Virus record (IMG/VR): IMGVR_UViG_3300029906_000002
Span: 12,507 to 76,506 of that record
Direction: 5' to 3' (one strand)
Source: a virus
DNA length: 64,000 nucleotides
The position numbers and the translations under genes were made by a program. Positions 1 to 8,100 of this stretch are shown here, piece after piece. Numbering within the stretch: position 1 is the stretch's first letter; each line of letters starts with the position of its first letter. Under the pieces are notes generated by a model. The model saw nothing but the letters and a program-made list of their open reading frames with translations, did no database searches and was not told the origin of the DNA.

Positions 1-111
1 AAAAGATTTGGCGAAAAACCTATGTCGAAGTTTGTCATCAAAGGTCATGAAGTTGAGGCTTACTCTCGCAAAGATGCTATCATCAAACTTAAACATCAAG
101 GTTTGCTATGA
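1..111 (+). CDS. partial small phage protein (5' end outside window)
   Basis: Frame 1 open from the edge: KRFGEKPMSKFVIKGHEVEAYSRKDAIIKLKHQGLL, TGA at 109-111; resembles small Bacteroides phage proteins. Confidence 0.6.
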   Translation, partial: KRFGEKPMSKFVIKGHEVEAYSRKDAIIKLKHQGLL

Positions 112-168
112 TATGTGAATTTACGATGTAGAAAACCATAAACAAAAAAAACAAAGGAGAACTAAACT

Positions 169-546
169 ATGGATTTGAAAACGATTTTACATCAACTTGT
201 AGAAGCAAATGATAAAGGAGAAATTTCGGACGGATACCATACATTCAATGAATTATATCGTTATAGAATGCTGTATAATGCTGCATTTTTCAATGAATTG
301 GCAAGTAATGGTAAAGTCAATGTAGTGAAATCAAAAAGACATCATAATGGAGAAGAATGCTTTGGCGGAGGATGGTTTATTGTGATGGCCGAATTACCTA
401 CCGGACAGATTTCAAACCATTACGAACTAAAGAATTGGGAATACTTCAAGTGCGAAGAAGTAGAAGTTGCGCCCGAATGGGATGGTCACACTCCTGAAGA
501 TGTAGCACACAGATTGGAAAGTTTTATAATAGGCTATCAAATTTGA
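169..546 (+). CDS. WDGH-domain phage protein
   Basis: SDGYHTFNELY...GQISNHY...EWDGHT signature. Confidence 0.8.
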   Translation: MDLKTILHQLVEANDKGEISDGYHTFNELYRYRMLYNAAFFNELASNGKVNVVKSKRHHNGEECFGGGWFIVMAELPTGQISNHYELKNWEYFKCEEVEVAPEWDGHTPEDVAHRLESFIIGYQI

Positions 547-556
547 GAACTAAACA

Positions 557-691
557 ATGGGAATGACAGTACAAGACTTGATTGACAAACTCATGAAAAT
601 AGAGGATAAGTCAAAAGAAGTTCTAAAAGAACAAGGAAATCAAGATATTTCAGAAGTTGTAGATGGCTATGAATATGTTATATTGAAATAA
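557..691 (+). CDS. small hypothetical protein (44 aa, not in ORF track)
   Basis: ATG 557 to TAA 689-691, MGMTVQDLIDKLMKIEDKSKEV...; fills the gap between neighbouring genes. Confidence 0.7.
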   Translation: MGMTVQDLIDKLMKIEDKSKEVLKEQGNQDISEVVDGYEYVILK

Positions 692-694
692 GTT

Positions 695-1369
695 ATGGAA
701 TGCAAAATAGGAGAAATAAGAAAAATTGGTAGTGAGTGGTATCAGTGTGTGGAAAGTAAGCAGGACGCTTGTACTGACTGTGCTTTCAACCCTATAAATG
801 GCATAGGGTATAATTGTAGCGGTTCATGTACCTATAAACAAGTTATCTTCAAAAAACTTGAAAAAGTCGGAGAGCCTTATGATGATTGTGGAGCTATTCT
901 ACAAAGATTTAAGATTTATACCAATGTCACAAATGCTGATACTAAAGGATTAGAGCTTCATATTTATTCCAATGATACTATTGGAATAGAAATTAAAGAA
1001 AACAAGGAAGGTATGAAAGAAAAGAATTTGAAACCATTTGACCTCGAAGCGACTAAAGCCGGTAAGTTCGTATGTACAAGAGATGGACGCAAGGCGAGGA
1101 TTATTTGCTTCGATAAAAATAATCTTCTTCCCATTGTAGCGTTAGTCACAGGAGAAGATGGATTAGAAACTGTATTTCAATACTATTCTAATGGGCAAAC
1201 GCATGAATATGTTGAACGCCCAGAAGATCTTATGATGCTCCCCGAAAAGAAAGAAGGGTGGGTGAATGTGTATAAAGATTCTGTATATGACACCAAAGAC
1301 GAGGCAATAGATGGAATGTATGAAGGTAGAGGTTATATTGATACGGTTAAAGTGAGTTGGGAGGAATAG
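695..1369 (+). CDS. hypothetical phage protein with Cys-rich N-terminus
   Basis: 224 aa ORF in operon; CxDC motif; KPFDLE...VCTRDGRKARIICFD module common in Bacteroides phages. Confidence 0.75.
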   Translation: MECKIGEIRKIGSEWYQCVESKQDACTDCAFNPINGIGYNCSGSCTYKQVIFKKLEKVGEPYDDCGAILQRFKIYTNVTNADTKGLELHIYSNDTIGIEIKENKEGMKEKNLKPFDLEATKAGKFVCTRDGRKARIICFDKNNLLPIVALVTGEDGLETVFQYYSNGQTHEYVERPEDLMMLPEKKEGWVNVYKDSVYDTKDEAIDGMYEGRGYIDTVKVSWEE

Positions 1370-1372
1370 ACC

Positions 1373-1564
1373 ATGCCAAACCATGGATATTGTCGGAATT
1401 GTTGGTGGCATAAAGGCGGAATTTGTTACATGCAAGGCGTAAGGACACAAGATTATTCTTATTGTCCGGATTATGTAAATCGAGATAAACTGAATAAGAA
1501 AGGTACGCTTGATAATCTTCTTAAAGAGTGGAAAGAAAAAGGTGTAATGCCTGCTATTATCTAA
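1373..1564 (+). CDS. small Cys-rich hypothetical protein
   Basis: 63 aa, CRNC...C...CPDY; tight packing in operon. Confidence 0.65.
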   Translation: MPNHGYCRNCWWHKGGICYMQGVRTQDYSYCPDYVNRDKLNKKGTLDNLLKEWKEKGVMPAII

Positions 1565-1586
1565 AGAAATTAAAGGAGAAATAATT

Positions 1587-1799
1587 ATGTATGTAGCAAG
1601 AGATGAAAGCGGGTTATTATGTGCGTACAGTCATAAGCCCTCTAAAAATAAGAAAGTATGGATTGAGAATCCTGAAGATAAGGGCATTGACGTTGATAGT
1701 ATTTGCGTTATGCCGGAACATTGGTTCCCCGAAGTAAAATGGGAGGACGAAGAGCCGCGCGAACTTGTTTTGAAACCAGTAGATAATGATAAAAAATAA
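1587..1799 (+). CDS. hypothetical phage protein
   Basis: MYVARDESG...FPEVKWEDEEP, recurrent Bacteroides phage small-protein pattern. Confidence 0.75.
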   Translation: MYVARDESGLLCAYSHKPSKNKKVWIENPEDKGIDVDSICVMPEHWFPEVKWEDEEPRELVLKPVDNDKK

Positions 1800-2049
1800 A
1801 AAACATTCTTTTCTTGCTAAAAAGTTGCACGGCTTGAAGGAACAGGTAAATTATTACCTGGTTTCTCTCAAAGTCGCAAAATCAAATTTGACCTCTTCAT
1901 GGTTTAATCCTTACGATGATTATAAATTAAAATACAAGTCTGATATTGAAGAGTATAAGTATATGCTTAATTCTCTTTCAGAAAAGATTCGTAAAGTGAA
2001 AAATGAAATTTACATAGCGCAAAGTAATTATCTTTTAAAACGATTATGA
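1786..2049 (+). CDS. hypothetical basic, probably coiled-coil protein
   Basis: 87 aa ORF overlapping the previous stop. Confidence 0.6.
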   Translation: MIKNKKHSFLAKKLHGLKEQVNYYLVSLKVAKSNLTSSWFNPYDDYKLKYKSDIEEYKYMLNSLSEKIRKVKNEIYIAQSNYLLKRL

Positions 2050-2056
2050 AAAGAAT

Positions 2057-2674
2057 ATGAGGAAGATAGTTTTTTCAGATAAGTTTAAACTTACTGATTC
2101 TGTTCTGGAAGGATTCAAAACACAATTCAGATGTGTCGTCCCTAATAATATGATTGGTAAAATCATTAATGAGTTCAAGGATGATTATTACGAAAAGACA
2201 TTCGACACCATGAGCGATGTTGAACTCATTAATCATTACTACTTTACTGAAAAGCTCGCAAAGCCTCCTTATATTGTCGGAGAGAAACTTGCAGTAGCGC
2301 AGACATACGAAAGCATCATAAATAATAAAGCGTTTTCTGAGAGATTCCAGTTTTTACTTGATGAGATTCCGGGATGGAAGGATAACAGAAAAGTAAAAGC
2401 TGAGAAAATGATTCATAACATAACTATCACAAGTGTTAGAATCGAAAAGTTACAGGATATCTCTGACAATAATTGTCTAAAGGAAGGCGTTGAGCAAACA
2501 ATCGTTGGCGATAAAGAGAAAAAATTCACTACCGTTTACGGTTACAGAACAACCAAGGAAGTGTGGTTTACTCCAAGAGAAGCATTTATTCAGCTAATCA
2601 ACAAAGTTCATAGAAATAATATCTGGAAAGAAAATCCATACGTCTTTGTGTTTAACTTTATCTTGGATGTATAA
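2057..2674 (+). CDS. ASCH/PUA-like phage protein
   Basis: KTQFR...ITSVRIEKLQDISDNNCLKEG...WKENPYVFVFNF pattern. Confidence 0.65.
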   Translation: MRKIVFSDKFKLTDSVLEGFKTQFRCVVPNNMIGKIINEFKDDYYEKTFDTMSDVELINHYYFTEKLAKPPYIVGEKLAVAQTYESIINNKAFSERFQFLLDEIPGWKDNRKVKAEKMIHNITITSVRIEKLQDISDNNCLKEGVEQTIVGDKEKKFTTVYGYRTTKEVWFTPREAFIQLINKVHRNNIWKENPYVFVFNFILDV

Positions 2675-2723
2675 GGCTAAATGTCCAGCCTATAATTGGG
2701 TGCTAATTAAAAAACAATTATTA

Positions 2724-2933
2724 ATGGGATTTAAAAGAGGAAGAAAACAAGGTGTATCGTCTGAGTTTGAGCATCGTTGGATTCAATGGCCCAACTACGG
2801 TACAATGAAATGCACAAAGTGCGGAATAATCAAAAGAAAGATTGGAGAGAAGCTGTATTACTTCAATAGTGACGGTTCATCTACCACAGAAGCACCAAAA
2901 TGTTTAACCAATAAACTTAATAATAATGGCTAA
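2724..2933 (+). CDS. small putative zinc-ribbon protein
   Basis: ATG 2724 in frame with track ORF 2646..2933; HRW...CTKCG...C. Confidence 0.6.
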   Translation: MGFKRGRKQGVSSEFEHRWIQWPNYGTMKCTKCGIIKRKIGEKLYYFNSDGSSTTEAPKCLTNKLNNNG

Positions 2934-3528
2934 TATTTGCTGTAATGACCTGCATTTTGTAGGAAACAAAGAAGATATTGAGAAGTTACATAGTGAGTTT
3001 ATAAAACTAAATAGCTCAAATAATAATACTTGGGTTGGAAACATGATTGAAGCTGCTGGCAAGAATGTTGATGACTATGAAGATATTCGAGCTTTTGTAG
3101 CATACGTTTCCGATGTAGGCAGCGATGAGAAAGGCAACTTTACATTGGACGTTGACATAGAATCAAAATGGATTCCTGCGTATGACTTCTTCAAATTCTT
3201 AGATGAAGAATACGAAGATGTGTTATTGCTTTGGTATGCCGAAGAACCTGGTTGCGAAATCTATGAAACCAATGATTACAATAAGGAGTATTTCAAAAGT
3301 GAATACGTTGTTGATTCAGACAGTTGGTGCGAATACATGGATGACCTGCAAGCTGCAAAAGAAGCCATTAAATCATCCTTTGAGAATGAAAACATGATGG
3401 ATAGATTTAATGAGAATGCTAATACGTTCAGAGAGCTTGAGGATCTGTGTAACGAGTATACTGATTTCGCTGGAGAAGTAGCTGGAGACAAGTATCTAAT
3501 GATTCATAAGATTGAGGTTAAATATTGA
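2926..3528 (+). CDS. YubB/DUF1281-like ferredoxin-fold protein
   Basis: MANICCN...ESKWIP...YAEEPGC pattern; acidic 200 aa. Confidence 0.6.
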   Translation: MANICCNDLHFVGNKEDIEKLHSEFIKLNSSNNNTWVGNMIEAAGKNVDDYEDIRAFVAYVSDVGSDEKGNFTLDVDIESKWIPAYDFFKFLDEEYEDVLLLWYAEEPGCEIYETNDYNKEYFKSEYVVDSDSWCEYMDDLQAAKEAIKSSFENENMMDRFNENANTFRELEDLCNEYTDFAGEVAGDKYLMIHKIEVKY

Positions 3529-3541
3529 TTAATGATTAAGT

Positions 3542-3585
3542 TAAGGCTGGGCTGCTCTACGGAGTAACCCAGCCTTATTTTTTTT
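3542..3585 (+). terminator. intrinsic terminator
   Basis: TAAGGCTGGG(3542-3551)/CCCAGCCTTA(3568-3577) stem then T8. Confidence 0.9.
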
Positions 3586-3593
3586 ATCACACC

Positions 3594-3893
3594 ATATTTG
3601 GCATAATAACAGATAGAAAATTATTACATAGTAAATTAAATCTTGCTAAAACTGGGCGCGAGCCAAAACATATTGCGGGCAAGGTGCTATCAAATTCAAT
3701 TAAATTTAAATTGAAAAGTTTTAATGGGTTAAATGGTTTAATACCATTAGCTTACGGATATAAAACTGATATTTTAATTGATATTTACAATACTGTAATT
3801 TTGGCGTGGAATTATTGGATAAATATTTCAGACAAAATATATCTTGGAACTAAGCTATTATTGCTAAGTATTGAATGTGATTTTATAATTTAA
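3594..3893 (+). pseudogene. probable degenerate P63C-family gene remnant
   Basis: Frame reads SNSIKFK...LAYGYKTDILIDIYNTVILA, matching ENPIKFK...TYGYNAEFLIDLAIAI of the downstream P63C protein; no ATG start and no C-terminal domain. Confidence 0.55.
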
Positions 3894-3931
3894 GGGAAGA
3901 ATCCAAATCAGTTTCTTCCCTTATTTTTTTT
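3891..3931 (+). terminator. intrinsic terminator (copy 1 of a duplicated hairpin)
   Basis: TAAGGGAAGA...TCTTCCCTTA then T8. Confidence 0.85.
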
Positions 3932-3939
3932 GTCAACTC

Positions 3940-3971
3940 CTTGACACGGCAAAATAAATTAATTATCTTTG
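3940..3971 (+). promoter_or_regulatory. Bacteroidota primary-sigma promoter of the P63C gene
   Basis: -7 box TATCTTTG 3964-3971; CTTG 3940-3943 with 20 nt spacer. Confidence 0.7.
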
Positions 3972-3990
3972 CCTAATAAAATCAAAGTAC

Positions 3991-4914
3991 ATGACAAAGA
4001 TACAAAACAAGATTGAATTGGCGAATAATAGTAGCCAACAATCGCATGAAATTGAGAAAAACAATCTTCCGGTAGCTAAATATGGAAGTAGTAAAACGCC
4101 TCTTAAACTTGGAGAATTAGAAATCCCCTGCTATATTCTTGACAATAAAGAAAAGACAAGAGTTCTTTCTGAAAGTGGAATAAAGTCAATATTCGGTATA
4201 AAAGGTGGCGGTGGAAGTTTGTTAAAATTCGTAAGAAAAAATTTAATTTGTACAAAAAACGGTGCCAGTCTATTAAACACTGTTGAGAATCCAATAAAAT
4301 TTAAATCTACTTATAGTTCAACGACTTATGGATATAATGCTGAGTTTTTAATAGACTTAGCTATCGCAATAACCGAATCTGAAGAACTAAAATCGTGCCA
4401 GTCACATCTAATATTTTTAGCAAATATTATAATTAAGGCATCTGCAAAAACGGGTATCATTGCTCTTATTGATGAGGCCCTTGGATATAAAGAAAAAGAT
4501 GACGCTAAAGAATCTCTTAGTAGATTTTTTAATACATTCTTGTTGAAAGAAGCGGCTAAATGGGTGAAAACATTTCCGGATTCATTCTTCTTCAATATCT
4601 ATAAGATGAGAGGATGGACATGGGCATTAACAAATAAACATCCTGCAATAGTTGGTCAATGGATAAATGATTTAGTTTACAAACGTCTTGCTCCAGGTCT
4701 TGTGGATGAATTTTCAAAAATCAATCCAAAGAATATAAATGGTAATAGATCTATGAAAAATCATCAATTCATAAAAGATGAATACAAGACTATGCTAAAC
4801 GATTTATTTGCGAAAATTGATGCGATTGCAAAACTTGCTAATTACGATTGGAATACATTCATAGATATGCTTGATAAGGTTGCGCCAAAATATCCAGATA
4901 AGATAAATGATTAA
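3991..4914 (+). CDS. P63C domain-containing protein
   Basis: LEIPCYIL...RVLS...GIIALIDEALGY...WVKTFPDSFF...INDLVYKRLAPG...KNHQF. Confidence 0.9.
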   Translation: MTKIQNKIELANNSSQQSHEIEKNNLPVAKYGSSKTPLKLGELEIPCYILDNKEKTRVLSESGIKSIFGIKGGGGSLLKFVRKNLICTKNGASLLNTVENPIKFKSTYSSTTYGYNAEFLIDLAIAITESEELKSCQSHLIFLANIIIKASAKTGIIALIDEALGYKEKDDAKESLSRFFNTFLLKEAAKWVKTFPDSFFFNIYKMRGWTWALTNKHPAIVGQWINDLVYKRLAPGLVDEFSKINPKNINGNRSMKNHQFIKDEYKTMLNDLFAKIDAIAKLANYDWNTFIDMLDKVAPKYPDKIND

Positions 4915-5132
4915 CGACAAGAATTATTAACTATCGTAAAAATACAATCAATTTTTGCCCGCAGTAATTAAGGAAATAAAGAGTATAACAAGATTTGGTA
5001 TTACACATTAAAATGATTTTGATTCAATAACTTATGTGATAAAAACACAATATCAATAAAGATTTATATTACTAATACAAGTGTTAAATCCGCCCACGAG
5101 AAACGAGGAGGATTGATTGTGGCTAAATAATT

Positions 5133-5175
5133 TAAGGGGAAGAGACTACTTCAGTTTCTTCCCCTTATTTTTTTT
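5133..5175 (+). terminator. intrinsic terminator (copy 2) at the convergence of the + and - blocks
   Basis: TAAGGGGAAGA...TCTTCCCCTTA then T8, abutting the stop codon of the 1732 aa gene. Confidence 0.85.
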
Positions 5176-8100
5176 ATGCAATCACATCTTCAACGGTTTC
5201 CTTAACTTGGCTCAAACCAGATATCTGATAGCAAGCCGCATCCCAGACATTCCTGTTCCCTCCCATAACAGCCATAACATTCTTATAAGTGTTGGTCATC
5301 CAATTAAATGTAAACGGCGTCCAGTTACCGAATACCGACCAGAATACACCAAACGTATTGGCGTCAGCTGTAGAGTTCTTTAACGACTTAAGTGCAATAC
5401 CTGCCATAGATTTAGCCGGTCCAGGTATGTCGTCGTCTTTCAGCATTTCTTTGTACCATCCATTCATCAAGAATGCAGCCAGACCACCTATGAGCAACAT
5501 AATGATAATGTCGCTGAGCATTTGCCTAAAATTGGTTCTGTAGACATCGCGAGTAAACTCATCGGTGCTATATTTTTTGACTGCATCAATGAAGGCGAGA
5601 ATGCCGTTTTTATCCGAATCCTTAGCCAACCTTACTATATTGGCAAGCGTCATGAATACACCTTCTTGGTAAATACCTTTCCATTGATAGAACGGAATAT
5701 AATCTTCTTCCTTGACATTCGGTATCTCTTCATCCGTATCCAGATAGAAGAATCCATAACTACCATCTGACTTCTGTTTGCGAACAATAAGCGATTCATC
5801 ACTGAAGCTGCCTTGGTAGATAAGATTGCCATCCTGGTCTTTCATCTGCTCAAATGTACCACGCATACGAACCTTACCTGGGGCGAGGTATTGGTTAGCC
5901 TTACCGGAGAAGAAGGTCTTGAATTGCATGTACATCTTACCGAGGATAGACAAGTGAATCATAGCCTTGTTTTCATGAGTATAGTAACCATAAATATCAT
6001 CGGCTATATTCTTATAACCATCCGTCTGTCTGCTTGGATAAGCCTTGGGGAGCGGAACAATATCGGTACCGTTGTACTCAAAGAAAGAGTTAGCCTTCTT
6101 AATCACTGTGCGTCCTCCTACGGTCATTTTGGTGTCGTTGGTATATCTTGTACCCTCCTGTAACATCTGTCTTGCTACAGCATCGTATAAGCCTTTCTGG
6201 CGGTGCCATTCCGCATCATGTGGTGCACTGGGATCAATCAGCTTACTGAATCGCTTATCCTTTTTGAAGTCGTATTTGAGTACCCCATTCTCGACATAAT
6301 AAGCATCCCACACGCCGTCTTTTATCATCTGGGCGACGATAAGAATCATTCGGTTGTAGTAGTCGGGACGTGAAGAAGTCATCATACCGAGCTTGTAAAG
6401 GCCCTCTGTAGTACGGATATTCTTGCGGTCTTGGGTATGCTTCACATAGTCGTTCATATCCATATCGTTCACACCAAGAGCTTGATTGAGTAAGGAGACC
6501 TTACTGTTGGAATCATTAGCAATATCGCCGTAAACAATAGCAGCAGCCTGTTCGACTTCTTTAATGCCGAACGAAGCATCTCCAAGATATTTCTTGGCAG
6601 CAGCTGAAAGATTCTGCATAATACCCTGCATATTCTGATAAGTAACTTGCACAGGAGAGATACCAAGCACAGCAAAACTGGCGGCTCTTGATACATTGGC
6701 AAAGAAATCAGCAACTCCTTTCATGCTTTCCTCGGTAAGGTCTTCGCTCTTGATAACGCCTTTGATATACTTCAACAAGTAGTCAATATCGTTCTTATAC
6801 GACATGCCACCCATCTCTGTTTCTTCACTTCTTAGGTGCATAACAGAAGCCTTGGCAAGAAGAAGCACCTTGTCTATTTCTTCGGTAGATACCTGATTGA
6901 ACGCCATGGTTGCACCGGCAAGAACAGCATTGTTGGTGAAGTTGGCTCTATCCTCATTCTTCATCTGCTGGATCTTTCTGATACGCTCGTCCATATCCAT
7001 AGCATCCGCAATAAGCACCTCATTCATCTTGAATAAGGAAGTGTCTTGTCTTAACTCCTTGGATTGCTTGACAGATTCCTCATTATTGTCGAAGATACCA
7101 AGCAAAGTGTTCTTGACATTCTTCAGATTGAACAGGTTTTCCTTGATGCTATTGAAGCGTTCGGTCCACGTCATGCCGTTATTGGTTACGGAGCCACGCT
7201 CATCCACCCAACCTTTTCTTGCAAGCGGAATGTAGTAGAACCTGTCAAGTGCTGCATAATCCCAAACCTGCTCATCCGTGAGCATATCCGTTCTCGCCTG
7301 TCCTCGATTTTCTGCATCCATACCGGATACTTCTCTGCCAAAACGATAGCGATTGATTTCAGTAAGTAAGTCGTGAAGTATCTCTCGCTTTATTGGGTCG
7401 GAGATTTCTTCCGGGTGCTTAAACATCATGGCGTCCGATATGTTTCCATCTTTATCAGTAACAAAGAACTCATCCCAGATATGTTCCTTAGCTGCAAGCA
7501 ATGAACCACCAAACACGTTATTTGCTTTTATCATGCGGTCCTCAAGCTGTTTGAACACAGCAAGCGGAGACTGCATACGGTCTCGGATATCCTGATAAGA
7601 ACGACGAAGCAAGTTGGTCACATCATTAATAACATCGGAAGCAAACATACCAGGGTTGCTCATTTGTAAACCTGTCCAGCCTTTTGTGAGTACTCCCTTG
7701 ATGCCGTATTGCGAATACTTGTCGCTTTGGAAAGTCTGTTGATTGAGTTGGATGCCATTAAGCTCGGCAAGGGCGCGGGACACAGCTATGTACAAGGCAC
7801 GTATCTCACTGTTCCTGCCGGTTACGGAAAATTCATCTTCACCAACCTTCCTGAACTGATCGCCATAATTCTGTTCAAGCGTTTCAAGAATGCGCATGTA
7901 ACCTCTTTCAAGCTCAAGTTTGGTAATGTTGGCTTGGAAAAGGAAGGATGACAGGTTCTCCGGTGTATGGTCACGCCCGAAATAAACAATTCTCTGTCTG
8001 GTCTTATTTCTGAACAGGTCGTTGTGCTCGTAACGGATACCTTTTGCCTCGGCTCGTCTACCCATTTCAAGGTCGTCGTCAAGACGTTTCTGTACCTGTC

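Noticed and set aside
3674-4963. 9 bp inverted repeat TGCGGGCAA/TTGCCCGCA flanking the P63C gene as a possible invertible segment
   Set aside because: Short, barely extendable, and no recombinase in the window; compatible with chance
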